NCBI GenBank assembly: GCA_009103225.1
Contig: RHPI01002630.1
Coordinates: 19,285 to 83,284 of the forward strand
Direction of reading: 5' to 3'
DNA: 64,000 nucleotides
DNA from: Chlorokybus atmophyticus
Taxonomy: Eukaryota > Plantae > Mesostigma and Chlorokybus algae
Within the stretch, counting starts at the first letter, position 1; each line of letters starts with the position of its first letter. The notes beneath the pieces are model-generated. The model made no database searches, had not been told where the DNA came from, and saw only the letters and a list, made by a program, of their open reading frames with translations. A program made the position numbers and the translations under genes. Shown here piece after piece: positions 35,301 to 48,784 of the stretch.

Positions 35301-37295
35301 CTCAGATTCACAGAGTGTGGAGCCAGCGACATATGAAGAAGCACTCCTGCGGACTAATGCAAAAAGTTGGCGTCAGGCAATGGATTGCTCAAAAAATGAA
35401 GAGATAGCCTCGTTGCATGCCAATGCAACACGGGAACTTGAAGTTCCACCTGCAGGGTCAAGCCTATTCGTGTCAAGTGGGTGTTCGAGGTGAAGAGGGA
35501 CGGCAATGGCAACATTGAAAGGTACAAAGCCAGGTCGGTTGCCAAGGGGTTTTTGCAGCAAGAAGGAGTGGACTTCAATGAGGTGTTTGCACCTGCGGGG
35601 AAGTTGGCAACCTTCAGAGCTATGGTGGCAGTTGTGTCAGCAGACAACCTGGAGCTCCATCACTTGGATGACAAGACAGTGTTTCTGTATGGGGAGCTGG
35701 AGGAGAGAATCTACATTCAGCAACCAAGAGGGTATCAGAAGGGGCCACCTGGTACAGCATGCAGATTGGTGAAGGCGTTATATGGCTTGAAGCAGGCACC
35801 ACGGGTGTGGCATGCAAGACTGTGCAAGGAGCTCCGGAAGCAGGGGTTTACAGCAAGTCTAGCAGATCCAAGCTTGTTCTACCACGAGAGCAAGCAAGTG
35901 TGGCTATTGGTGTACGTGGACAACATTCTGATTGCAGCGTCAGGATTGTTAGGGGTGCAGCGAGTGAAGACTCAGCTGCAGGCTGTGTTCGAATGCAGAG
36001 ACTTGGGCGAGACAGCATACTTCTTGAGTATGGTTGTCATCAGAGACAGAGCTGCTGGAACCATCACCATTGCGCAAGAGCAAGCGGTGAGGCAGTTGGT
36101 GACAAAGTGTGGTCTCGACAATGCGAATGTCAGAGAGGTGCCACTGAGCGTGGGAGTTCAGTTGGTAAGAGCACTGGACAGTGACGAAGAGCTGGATAAG
36201 GCAAAGTATCCCTACTGTGAGCTTGTAAGGAGCCTTCTTTATCTGTCCATAGCTTCTCGGCCCGACATTGCGCACGCTGTGGGACAGTTGGCGAGGTACA
36301 TGTCTGCTCCAACAATGCAGCATTGGTTGGCAGGAAAAGGTGTGTTACGCTACTTGTCAAGGACAGCAACAATTGGCATCCAGTATGGGCTGGGCAACCA
36401 GGAGTTGCAAGGCTACTGTAATGCAGATTATGCTGGTGACTTGGATACCAGAAGGTCTACCACTGGATATGTCTTCAAGCTAAATGGTGGAGTGGTTAGT
36501 TGGAACAGCAAGCTGCAACCAACAGTGGCAGCTTCCACTACAGAAGCAGAGTACATGGCCTCTGCAGCAGCGGCGAAGGAGGCATTGTGGCTTAGGTAAC
36601 TGCTATAAGACCTTGGTCATCCATGTGGAAGCGTGGAGATGCGCTGTGACAACCAAGGAGCAGTCAAGCTACTGAAGAATCCCATACCCTCAGCGAGGAG
36701 CAAGCACATTGATGTGCAACATCACTTTGTGAGAGACAGAGTGGCGAGGAATGAGATTGAGTTTGTCTTCTGTGGCACTGAGGAGATGCTGGCTGACTTC
36801 ATGACGAAGGGACTGCCTGTGAAGAAGTTCAAGGCATATTGTGAAGGACTGGGCATCAGGGCAGTGAAGATGAAGACAATAAAAACCGAGTTCTGAGGGT
36901 TCAGAGCTGGCCAAGCTGCCTGATGGAGTGTAGAGAATATAGCATGGTTTGCAGTGTTTGCCTACATGTATAGCATATGACACTTATGTGCTATTGTCCA
37001 GTCAGCTTAGCTAGCCCTATTGTAGCTTATTAAGTTGCTACTTGACAAGCTACTCATAGACTGCAGTTGTATGTATAGGCTGCAGGCAGTTATGACTGGT
37101 ACAGTCTGGTCTGGTCTTTGGTAGGACCCAGACTGAGGGCCAGAGCCGACAGGCCGCGGGTAATTGAGTTAATTCACTCTTTGGTCAGTATCTTTGGCGG
37201 TGTAGCTCTGCTCTTACCACTGTGCTGTGTATGCTTAAGCAACCATGCGCAACAAGCTTGTTGTGCATGGTTGCATGCAGCATCTCTAGCCAACA
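32380..37295 (+). mobile_element. Duplicate copy of copia C (within split B LTR 32025-32379 and 37301-37366)
   Basis: Same sequence, same stops and same TTTTC TSD as 22574-27489. Confidence 0.92.
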
Positions 37296-38003
37296 TTTTC
37301 TGCTTGCATAGACGGTTTGAGGGTGTTGTGTTGTGTGTCTACGCCTAGGAAGCTTGCATCTCAACATTCCACACAGAGCCCTGACTTGTTACCTTTGTTT
37401 GCAGGAGAAAATGGCCGCCATCTACACCATGACTGTCGAGGCGCACCAAGCTCATACACTTGGCCTGGCTGCCATAGAGAAAGCTCTTACCCGGCAGGTT
37501 GTATCGTTTGAACTGCAGCAGGAGGAAAGGGAAAAGCATTGGGAGAAGAAGATAACAGGTATTCCTTTAAACATGCTAGAAGAAGTTCCTCTCCAAGGAG
37601 ATGCAAGACGCGCTGCGTGTCATTGTCAATGAGCACATTGTTGAAGGACTAGCATGCACAGAGACAGAGCTACCGCCACCAGAGCATACACAAGTCACAT
37701 CACATTCATCTATTACAAGTTGTCCGCTGGTTCTTATACCAGCCAGTTACACACACGTCTACCTTTGCAAGCACTGCATAAGCTATACTCAGCCTTTTTA
37801 CGCGCTCTAAGCTGTGTTGTCTTTCTTACAACCAGAGCTTTTCAACAAGCTCTTACACGCCTAATATGAGGAAGTATACGCGGAGATACGAAGCAGTTAG
37901 TAAGGCTCCAGTCTGGAGTCCGGAGTCTGGTCCGACGACGCCATCTTGCTAAGTCTGGACCTAGTGCTCGTCCTTACGACCTTCTACTCCTGTGTGGAGG
38001 GTC

Positions 38004-38461
38004 TGTTGAAGGTATTACATGTGGTGATGCTTGTATCCGGTCAGCTTGCCCTTCATACAGGAGTCGAGGGTCGAAGGTACCAGGAAGAAGCGCGTGGGCT
38101 CCAGACTTAGCAAGACGGTCGAGTCATGACGGACTCCGGACCAGGCTGCTTGGTAGAGCCTTGGGAGAAATCGCGTAGCTTTGTGGATACGTAAGCTTAG
38201 CAGGCGTGGCTTAGCTTGTTGAGAAGCTCTGGCTGTGAGCTAAACAGCATAGCTTACAGAACAGCAATCGGCTGAGTATAGCGCACGCGGTGCTTGCCAA
38301 TGTAGACGTGTGTAGAGACTGGCGGGGTATAAAGCCCAGACTTGTTGCAATGAAGATGAGAGGTCACGATGTAGCATGTGTGCGGATGCTATGGCGGCAG
38401 TAGCAGTCATGCTCTTGTGTTGATGTTGTTGGCGTGTCACTTGCACATGTGTATGTCAACA
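38004..38461. mobile_element. Solo LTR D in the A2 3' LTR
   Basis: TG...CA ends, TSD GGGTC. Confidence 0.9.
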
Positions 38462-40447
38462 GGGTCGATGCTGATCGTATGTAGGAATGACTCTCAACAC
38501 TCCCACGCGAGCAGCTTGACCTCCAACGCTTGCTCCTGTAGTCAAACACAGATGCCGAAGTCTGCGCAACAAGTCTTGAACTTGAGCGGTGACAATGGCT
38601 TTGTTATGAAGTCCGTCAGCATGCTCTCGGTGTTGCAGTACTGGAACTCCACCTCCTTGTGACTCTGTCACGCACAAAGTGATGCATGACATCAATGTGC
38701 TTCGTCCTTGCCGAGGCGATAGGGTGCTTCAACAACTTGATGGCTCCTTAGTTGTCACAGTTGATGACGATGCACGCCATGGGGTGCTCCAAGTCTGCCA
38801 TGAGCTTGCGAAGCCAGAGTGCCTCCTTCACTGCTGCTGCCGCTGCCATGTACTCAGCCTCTGATGTAGATGCTGCTGTTGTTGGCTGCAGCCTGCTATT
38901 CCAGCTCACCACGCCTCCGTTCAGCTTGAAGACGTAGCCTGTAGTGGACCTCCTGCTGTTGAGGTCACCAGCAAAGTCCGAGTCGCAGTAGCCCTCCAAC
39001 TCAGTGCTCCCGCTCCCAAACTTGATGCCAACTGTTGCGCTCCCAGCAACATAGCGCAGTACTCCCTTTGCTGCTCTCCAGTGCTCCATGCTCGGTGCAG
39101 ACACATGTAGCGAGCAAGTACTCCCACAGCATGTGCAACATCGGGACGTGTGCACACTGCCAGATAGAGCATGCTGCCTACCAGCTCACCATATGGATAC
39201 TGAGCCTTGTCGAGTACCTCCTCATCCTTTGCCTTGATGAGGGCAGTGCCAAGTGCCAACGGTGTGGTCTTGGTCTTCGCTTCAGTGAGCCCAAACTTGG
39301 TGACGAGTCTTCTCACCATCTGCTCCTGACTAATCTTCATTGTGCGTGCAGCCCTGTCGCGCTCAATCACCATGCCAAGAAACCACTTGGCCTCTCCAAG
39401 ATCACGAACTGAAAATGCTTGCTGCAGAGCAAGTTTCGTCTCCTGCACGTGGTGCACCTGCCTGGCGGTGATGATGATATCATCGACATACACGAGCAGC
39501 CAGACCTTGTTGTTTGCATGGATGAAGAGCCCAGGGTCTGCAGAGGATGCGATGAAGCCAAGTGCCTCCAGCTCCTTGAGCTTGAGGCACTTGTGAGCTT
39601 GATGTGCCACATACGCGGTGCCTGTCGCAGCCCGTTCAGTGCCTTGATCAGCTTGCACGCTGTGCCTCTCTCTTCTTCTTCATATCCAGGTGGTTGCTCG
39701 ATGAAGATCTCCTCCTCCAGCTCTCCGTAGAGGAAGGCAGTCTTCACATCCAGGTGATGCAGATCTAAGTCTTCAGCAGCAACCATAGCTAGCAGTGCAC
39801 GGAACGTGGTATGCTTACTTGCAGGTGCAAACACTTCGTTGAAGTCCACACCTTCCTGCTGCAAGAAGCCCTTTGCCACCAGTCTTGCCTTGTAGCGCTC
39901 AATGTTGCCCTGACCATCACGCTTCACCTTGAAGACCCATTTCACTAGAATGGTCTTCACTCCGTGCGGTAATTGCTCCAGTGACCGAGTGTTGTTGGCA
40001 TGGAGTGACGCAATCTCCTCGTCCATAGCACGCTGCCCTTGCTCCACATCTGGTGCTAACAATGCCTCCTCGTAGGTGCTTGGCTCCTCATTCTGCACAC
40101 TGGCGTCGTGTGCCTTGTGTAGGAAGTCAGGTGCCTTTCTCTCCCTCACTGGGTATCTCCGAGCTGCGTGCTCCTGCTGCAGGTGCGACTGCTTGTCTGC
40201 TACAGTAGAGTCCTGCTCACCCTTATCGTCGATGATGGCCTTGCCTGTAGCCTCCACTGTTTCAGGATGCTCCAGCTGTGCTTCATCCTCAGGAAAGAAG
40301 CCTGCTTCGGGTTGTAAAAATCCCTCGTGGAAAACCACCTCTCTGCTTACAATGATCTTCTGAGTGTCCTCGAGCAAGATCCTGTAAGCCTTGGAACCCG
40401 GTTCATAGCCAACGAAGATGCCCTTCTTGCTGACCGGCTCCAGCTTG

Positions 40448-43107
40448 TGTTGACATACACACGTTGACAAGCACATGCACATGGGTGACATGCTACATCA
40501 CACACTACAGCTTATATTAAGGAAACAAGTCCGCGGGTCTTATACCCGCCAGATTCTGCACCAGATACACACACTGCTGGTCTACAAGCCACACCGTACG
40601 ACTTACTCAACCGAATCCTGTGCTGTAAGTTGCACCATGTAGCTAACTTCAAGATCTATCCAACAAGCTACTCCACGTGTCATTCGGCTTCGTATCCATC
40701 AAAATCCAACGGTTCTTGTAAGGCCTTGCTTTGCAGTCTGCTCGAACTCAGTCCGGAGTCATCGAGGTCCTCTTGTGTATTCCTTTGCAGAGGGCAAGCT
40801 GACCGGATGTAGGAATACCTTCAACACTCCCACGCGGGCAGCTTGGCCTTCATCACTTGCTCCTTTGTCACTCACGCATGGTGAACTCCCACGCGCTCCT
40901 TACTTCTCTTTTTGGCGATCATGTAAGCCCGACTCTTGAGCTCCTCTTGCTCCAGCTCCTCCACGCTTTCTATCAGTGCTTGAAACCTGTTCGCCTTAAA
41001 GTCGTTGTTGCCTTCAGCTGCAAGCTTCATCTCCAGCTTGCCTGTCTTCACTTGTACTTGCTGCGCATGCTCGTTACCGCCTTTTACTCGCTGCACCTGT
41101 CTTCCCTCGACAGAACCTTGGCCTTCAGTGCTAACCTTGACTTCATTCTTCACCACCTTTGGCACCTTGCTCTCAAGCACTTGCTTGTAGCTTCTTGCAG
41201 CTCCCACGGGCTCTGAGCTTTCCTTTACAACAATCTTCTATGTCTTGTTGCTATGACCTTGTGGTTTCTTCTCAACCACCCCTTGCCATTGCAGCAACCG
41301 CCTTGCGCTCAATGTCCTCCTCCACGTAGTAGAGTCCACCCTTGTTGATGCCGACCAACTGTGTAACACCCCCAAGCACTATCCTAGCCTTGTGCATGTC
41401 AAACACAACACTCGCACCAACCCTCGTGGCTACACGCACCGAAAACAGATTCGCGGATGCACCTGACACATGCAGTACATCCCTCAGCACAACCTTCCTC
41501 ACTTCAGTCCCAACCTTGCACCTAAGATTGACGTCCCCCTTTGCAACCGCTTGCAACATCGTCTTGTTGCCGAAGTCCACCGTGACAGGCTTTGACAGAG
41601 GAGTGTAATTGACGAGCTTGCTCTTGTCGCTTGCGAGATGCCTCGAAGCTCCCGAATCCAGCACCCACCCAGGATACTCTGCTCCTTCTTCCGTTGCATG
41701 AAATGCAATCGCTCTCCCTCTTCCCTCTTCACTTGACTTCTTCAACTTGGGACACTTGTACTTGAAGTGACCACGCTCCCCGCAGTTCCAACACTCTCTG
41801 TTGCTGCCTTGAGCGCCCTTCTTCACATACTTCGAAGCCGCAAACGCCACACCTGAAGGCAATGCTCCATGCTCTGCTTCATCATCCTTCTTCAAGCGTT
41901 GCTCTTCTTAAAGAAGTCTTGGCGTCACCCCATCCAGCGACAACTCTTCCGTTGTCGACTCCAAAATTGTGACAACCACTCGATACTCTGTGGGCAAACC
42001 CGAGAGCACAGCCCACACCACCTCAACTTGTTTGAGCTCATGGCCAACGCCCAACAAGTCTTTCCATAACGCTTTCGCTCGCGCTACAAACTTGCTAATT
42101 GGCTCCCCGCTCATCTTTCACAACGAGTTGAGTTCTTCTCTTAGCTGTAGCCTTCTTGCCATGTTGCACGACTTGAAGTGGCTCTCCAACTTCAAACACA
42201 GCTCATTCGCGGTGCTGCATTCTTTCACCATCATCAGATGATGCTCCGCAACATTCAAGCCTATCAAGGCCAATGCCTTCCTTCCTTGTGTCGCCCAAAT
42301 ACTTCCTTGCCCTGCAGGCACTTCTTCTTTGGGGTCGACATATTTCCACAAGTCTTTGTGAACCAGTAGCAACTCCATCTTCACACTCCACGTGCTATAG
42401 TTGTCAACTTCAAGTGGCTCAGTTGTGAACTTTAAGCCGTCCATGCTTCAATTCTTCAAGTCGCCTTCTGCCTCTTGCAAAACTTGCAACTTTCTCTTCA
42501 ACTCTCGCCACAGCCTTCAAGTCTTCAAGTTGCCTTCTTTGCCTTTTGCCAAGCTTGCAACTTTCTCACACCAGTCTTTAAAGGCCTTCAGAGTCTTCAG
42601 AATCTTCAGAGTTTCAGTCTTTAATCTTCGAAGTCTTCAGAGTCTTCACGAAGCAACCACAGCTACACACACAATTGCAACACACTTCAACCTACACATG
42701 CATGCGTGGGCCCATAACCTGTTGACATACACACGTTGACAAGCACATGCACATGGGTGACATGCTACATCACACACCACAGCTTATATTAAGGCAACAA
42801 GTCCGCGGGTCTTATACCCGCCAGATTCTGCACCAGATACACACACTGCTGGTCTACAAGCCACACCGTACGACTTACTCAACCGAATCCTGTGCTGTAA
42901 GTTGCAACACGTAGCTAACTTCAAGATCTATCCAACAAGCTACTCCACGTGTCATTCGGCTTTGTATCCATCAAAATCCAACGGTTCTTGTAAGGCCTTG
43001 CTTTGCAGTCTGCTCGAACTCAGTCCGGAGTCATCGAGGTCCTCTTGTGTATTCCTTTGCAGAGGGCAAGCTGACCGGATGTAGGAATACCTTCAACACC
43101 TTCAACA
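40448..43107 (-). mobile_element. Non-autonomous copia (family E): gag plus protease only, inserted in A2 integrase
   Basis: LTRs 40448-40826 and 42720-43098 (extra CCTTCAACA to 43107); TSD GCTTG/GCTCG; PBS GGTTATGGGCCC; gag 42444-41908; CWNCGERGHFKYKC and WVLDSGAS in 41272-41895; no integrase core, RT or RNase H. Confidence 0.9.
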
Positions 43108-45993
43108 GCTCGTGTCTGAGCTGTTTAGGCACTAGTGCATATGCCGTGCATCCAAACACACGCATACCACTCACATCTGGTGTGGCTCCATAGAAGTGCT
43201 CCCACGGAGTCTTCTGCTCTGAGCTCACCGGAGACCTGTTGCGGATGTAGTTGGCAGTGAGTACCGCCTCCTTCCACAAACTGTCTTCCATCTTTGTGTC
43301 GTTGAGCATGGCTCGAACACGCTCCAAGAGTGTCCTGTTGAGGCGTTCAGCTGCTCCATTCTGCTGCGGGGTGTAGGGTGTCGTTGTCTCGTGGCGTATG
43401 CCCTTGCTGGCGAAGAACTCCTTCAACTCCTTGTTGATGTACTCCCCTCCTCGATCACTCCTCATTGCCTTCATCTTGTTGCCAGACCGGGTCTCCAACA
43501 AGGCCACAACTGTGCGCACGGCTCCAACAACTTCTGACTTCAGTGTCAACGGAAAGATGACGGATAACTTGCTGCAGTCGTCGAGGAATGTAGCAAAATA
43601 CCTGACCCCTCCCTTTGCCACAATGCGCATAGGGCCACAGACATCCATGTGCACAAGCTCGCAAGGATGCTGACTGCTAGAAGAGGATGATGGGAATGGC
43701 ATAGCATGCTGCATTGCAACCAGGCATGGTTTACAAAGTGCACCTGATGCATTTTTGAGTTCTTCTGTGCTGAGATGGATGCCCTTGACCATCTTCTCAG
43801 CGACAAGGCGAGTGAGGTTGACGTAGCTGAGATGCCCGAACCTTCGATGCCACAATGTTGGCGACTCCTTGTCCTTCACCACCATGGCTTGAATGTCAAT
43901 GTTCTGAGGGTGCTGCTCCACGTGGTGGAGCCCTCCCGGATCAGCGATTCCAACCATGTGCACGACCCCATCAAGGATGACTGTGCAGCCACCCTTCAGA
44001 AATAGGATCTCCGCGCCTAAGCGCTCCGCAACCCTCACAGAGAATAGACTCGCAATAGCCTTAGGGACATGCAGAACGTTGCGTAACAACACCTCGCGTA
44101 ATGTGTTACCAACCTTGCACTGGAGTCGTACGTTGCCAACTCCCTCAGCCACCAGTACTTCACCACCGAAGCCCGCCACCTTGATTATGGACGTCAGCTT
44201 CTTGTAGCCCTCCATCACCTCCATGTTTGATGTGAGATGACGATCGCAGCCAGAGTCCACCACCCAGAAAGCTGTGCCCGCCCTCGTATTGGATGTAGTG
44301 AAGGCGACATGTTTCTCCTTGTTTTTGTGCTCGTTGCCGCTGTTGCTGGTGCTTGCTCTAGGTTGCCCGTGTTGTTTCTTCCTACAGTCCTTCACAATGT
44401 GCCCCTTCCAACCACACCAATGGCATGTGAGGTCTTTGTGACAAGGATTGCCTGGCTTGTTGCCCTTGTACTTCTCTTCATGGTTGCTCTTCTTTGCGTG
44501 CTTGCCGGTGTAGAAGGCGACGGCATCCGCTTGCTCGTCCTTCTTCACAACCCTCTGCTCCACGGTGAGCAGCTTCGGTAGCACATCGTCCAACGTCAAC
44601 TCCGATGATGACGTCTCCAGCAGGGTTGCGACGACCTCGTACTCTGCTGGTAGCCCTGCAACAATGGCCAGCACTACCTCCGTCTCCCCCATGTTGTGGC
44701 CGACATTGATGAGGTCCGCCCACAGCTCTCTCGCGCGCGCAACATACTTTGTGATGAGTTCTGCTGCCTCCTTTCTGAGTGCGCTGAGCTGCTTGGATAG
44801 ATGCAACTTTTTGGCATTGTTTTTGGCTTTGAAAACGGCTGATAGCTTTTCCCAAGCTTGTCTACCATCTTCACATGCAGTGAGCATGGGAAGGTGATGC
44901 GGTTTGCAGTTCAACACAAGCAAAGAGTGTGCTTTCGCTGAATGCTCTGACCACACAGTGTTCGTTCCTGGTGTTGGTGGTGGTGCCTTCGGATCAACGT
45001 ACTTCCACACCTTCTTGTGGATGAGCAAGGCCTTCATCTCCAAGCACCATGTGTTGTAGTTGTCGGTGTCCAGCTTTGCAATCTGCCCCTTGTCGTAGGT
45101 CGCCTCCATCTTTGTCATGCCTGCCTTCACGTGCAGTTGACACCCAAGGCTCTGCTACCAACAAGCTACCGTAGTGTAGAACTACTATGCACACAAGCTA
45201 GTCTCACACTCCTCAAGCGTAGTGTGGGCCCATAACCTGTTGAAGGACTAGCATGCACATGTAGCTGAGGCAAGCATGGATGCACAGAGACAGAGCTACC
45301 GCCACCAGAGCATACACAAGTCACATCACATTCATCTATTACAAGTTGTCCGCTGGTTCTTATACCAGCCAGTTACACACATGTCTACGTTTGCAAGCAC
45401 TGCGTAAGCTATACTCAGCCTTTTGACGCTCTGTAAGCTGTGTTGTCTTTCTCACAACCAGAGCTTTTCCAACAAGCTCTCACATGCCCAATATTAGTAA
45501 GGCTCCAGTCTGGAGTCCGGAGTCTGGTCCGACGACGCTATCTTGCTAAGTCCGGACTTAGTGCTCGTCCTTACGACCTTCTACTCCTGTGTGGAGGGTC
45601 GATGCTGATCGTATGTAGGAATGACTCTCAACACAGATCGAGCACGAGGAGAAGAATGAGGAGCAGGACAAGGAGGCTGATGCTGTCATGCCTATCGCCC
45701 AAGCATGCCAGTCGTCATCGGGCATGCCTACAGCGAGACCCTCGCCCGGCTTACCAGCATGGCAACCCGCGCGCGTCTCTGACCAGTAGCTAGGTCATGT
45801 CTCTAGAGTAGCTCATGACCTTAGCCTACATAGGCACCGCGCGTAGCTGTTCAGTTGTGAGTTCAGTTATAAGTCAGGTTCTATATCGAGTGGGAATTTC
45901 CTGTGGAAATAGCCTCGATATGACCGTTAGCTTATGTTCTGGACAGTCGTGAGTTGACTTGTATAAGTAGGCACAGTGTTCACCGGATCAGCT

Positions 45994-46299
45994 GGTGACA
46001 CTGTAAGTGAAAATGCTAAGAGCTTGTGAAGCGACTTGAACTACGAATCACACCGTCCCGGTTCCCAAGAATCCCCTCACCGTGTGAGAGCCTGTGCATG
46101 TTCTTGTGCACTGTGCTTGTCCTTGCTGTGAGCTTTGTGTACTTGGTCGCGGTGTGCTTGTTGGCATGGGCAGGGCATAGCATCCACGTGTTGCTTGCTC
46201 ATTCACCTCACTTAAAAGTGTAATTTCTCTTCCACTCACGCGAAGAACTGTGTAAACAGCACTACCTATAATAGTAGCTTGTTGACTTACAGTGTCACC
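45994..46299. repeat. 306-bp segment bounded by 25-bp inverted repeats (MITE-like or LTR-like)
   Basis: GGTGACACTGTAAGTGAAAATGCTA (45994-46018) vs the reverse complement of 46275-46299: 22/25 identical, first 15 perfect. Confidence 0.65.
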
Positions 46300-46498
46300 C
46301 TCTTTGCTCAAGTGAGTGTAGTTGCAGGCTGTACATCTACATCGCAATCTGTAGTTGTACACATCACAGTGCAGTGTTGTCACCGTCATCGCATGACGCG
46401 CACAAGCGCTAGTGTGTTGGGTGATAATAGCACTGGGGATCCCATTGTAGAGCACAAACACTCTACCCTTCATCCACTTTCACCATTGCATCAGCTGT

Positions 46499-48751
46499 AT
46501 GAGCAGGCCCACCCCTTTCTCGCCAATAGAAGAAGGGGACCTCAACATCTGGAGCCCAACCTCCAACCTTACCTACGAGCGCGCAAGTGAAGGGAGCGAT
46601 TACCGTAGCAGCAGAGGCTCACGCCCCGTCTCCGGCTTCACCTCCTCTCACTCAACTCCTCGCCAACGAGCATCTCCACCACCGTCGGACAGTGACGACG
46701 AAGAAATGGAGCCTTCCAGCTCAACCAACTCCCTACGCTTCTCCGGACGCCCTGGCACCACCTCACTTGACGAGTTCATCATCAAGTTCCACTCCAAGGT
46801 GCGGCAGCAAGCCCTCAAGAGCAAGGACTGGACAGATGAGGTATTGTTTTATGTGTCCACTCAATACCTCGATCACGAAGCACGTGATGTGTGGAAGTCC
46901 GTCGCTGAGTTGCACAAGATTGATGGCTATGGCGAGTTGGCCAGCACAATAGCCGCCACGTCACTGCACAGCCCATCGGTTACTGTCCTTGTGGCAGCGG
47001 CCCCGCCCGCCTCAGTCACGGGTCTCACTCTAGCTGTAGCCATGGAGAAGGCAGAGAATGGAGAAGTTGAGGTGGTAGTGGCCTCATTGACTCCTGCAGA
47101 GATCGAAAGCAAGAAGGCCGAGCGCCGGATCAGGATACTCAACCGCACCGCTGCCATCATCAGGGAGCAACAAGAGGAGCAGCAAGCTGCAGCATTGGAG
47201 ATGGGTACGCCCCTTCTACCAACACCGAACTCGCGTGCTCCAGCGGGAGGCAGTGTTTTCACCCTCGGCTCAGTGGCATTGCGTGCACCCGCTCTTACGG
47301 TGGGCGCGGCCATGTTGGATTCCCCATTAAAGGACCTCTACGCCGCACTCCGGCGCACCTTCCCACTCCAAACCAACAGCAAGGTGGAGGAGTTGAGGCG
47401 TTTTCGACGGAAGCCCCACGAGAACCCTCTCCGACTGTATTCACGGTTGGAAGGGTTGCTCAAAGACACGGACTACAAGATTGTCAGTGAGGAGGCGGCA
47501 GCAGTGGTGTATGTGGCCGAGTTGGATCCCACCCTGAGTGAGTCAACGCGCCTGACGCTGAACTAAGGCAGGCCCCTCGGCTACACCCTCAAGGAAACTT
47601 TTGAGACTGCACAAGCCATCCATAAGCGTGCAGTGTATGAGAAAGCGGTGCTGGACACCAACCGCAGTGCCTCACGGCTTATGGCAGGCACAAGTGCAGA
47701 GCCTCTTCGGCGGGACCGCAGCCGAGAGCCGCAAGGCATCCACCACAAGGATAAAAGGTCAGCTCATGCTGCCCTTGTGGCTCTAGTGCTGTGCCACCGG
47801 TGTGGTCGACATGGCCACTACCAAAAGGAGTGCACCGAAGATTACGGCAACCTTATGTGCAACTACTGCCACAAGACGGGACACTTGGAGACAGTATGCT
47901 GGCTCAAGTTCCCTAAGCTGCGGCCCTCTATTGGCTACAACAACAGCAACCACGCTGGCGGCTACAACAACAGCAACAACGCTGGTGGTTGCAACAACGG
48001 CAACAACGATGGTGGCCACAACCCCAACAACAACAACAACGCTGGGGCCCGCAAGGAAGAAGCTGGCTATAGAGGGAAAAACCGCCCTCCACATCACAAA
48101 GGACCTGAGGGACGTCCTCGCGCTGGAGCTGCTCCTGTAAAGGCACCAACCAATCCACCGGCTATTGACCAAGTGGCAGCCCTGATGGCGCGCGTGGCAC
48201 AGCTGGAGGAGAACAAGAAGCAGGACTATCAAGCCTGCTATGCTGCTAGGTGGGCAGTGATGGCACCAAAACGGGATAGGGACACTCCCACGCCGTCACG
48301 CGTACAACCATCAAGACGTGCGCGCAGGGAAGCTGGCGCGTCGTCACCAGCGGCAGCGGCGGACGCCACAAGTGGTGCTGCCTCGGCAGCCACAACCACC
48401 GCTCGAACGACGCCGTCGACGACACCGTCGGCGTCCACACCGACCGCGACAGCAGGTGTCAGCACTCTTGGCACCACGCTGTCCCCGGTGATGGAGAGCA
48501 CCCACGCCGCAAGAACCATGGTCGTTGGGTTCGTAAGTGGTGAATCCACCACTCCTGCCTCCATCGAAGCGACCACATCGGCCGCAACTGCTGCCACCCT
48601 CACAGCCGCCACCTCAGTAACGACGACTGCTGCAGGTGCCACCACCATCGCCTCCAGTAGTGTTGCCATACCCACTGCACCGCTTCTTGATGTTCGAACG
48701 GCACCGCCACCAGCGCTGGACGTCACACAGCAAGTGCCACGCGGGCCATAA
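46499..48751 (+). pseudogene. gag: Ty3/gypsy gag with two CCHC knuckles, one in-frame TAA at 47564
   Basis: FSGRPGTTSLDEFIIKF; ELRRFRRKPHENPLRLYSRLEGL; CHRCGRHGHYQKEC and CNYCHKTGHLETVC; ORFs 46499-47566 and 47633-48751 share a frame. Confidence 0.8.
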
Positions 48752-48784
48752 GCAGAACGCGCCTGGGCGTCGTATCTACGCAAC

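Larger units (their letters stand above)
30038..39475 (+). repeat. Near-identical second copy of 20230-29659 (CACTA fragment, LTR-A fragment, B, C, exon, A 3' end)
   Basis: Identical ORF sets at offset 9806-9808; differences seen mostly near the two ends. Confidence 0.97.
37639..45633 (-). mobile_element. Ty1/copia family A copy A2, with nested solo LTR D and element E
   Basis: LTRs 37639-38499 (containing D) and 45238-45633; TSD CACAT/CAGAT (1 mismatch); PBS GGTTATGGGCCC; gag-PR-IN 43108-45130; IN tail-RT-RH 38530-40447. Confidence 0.93.
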
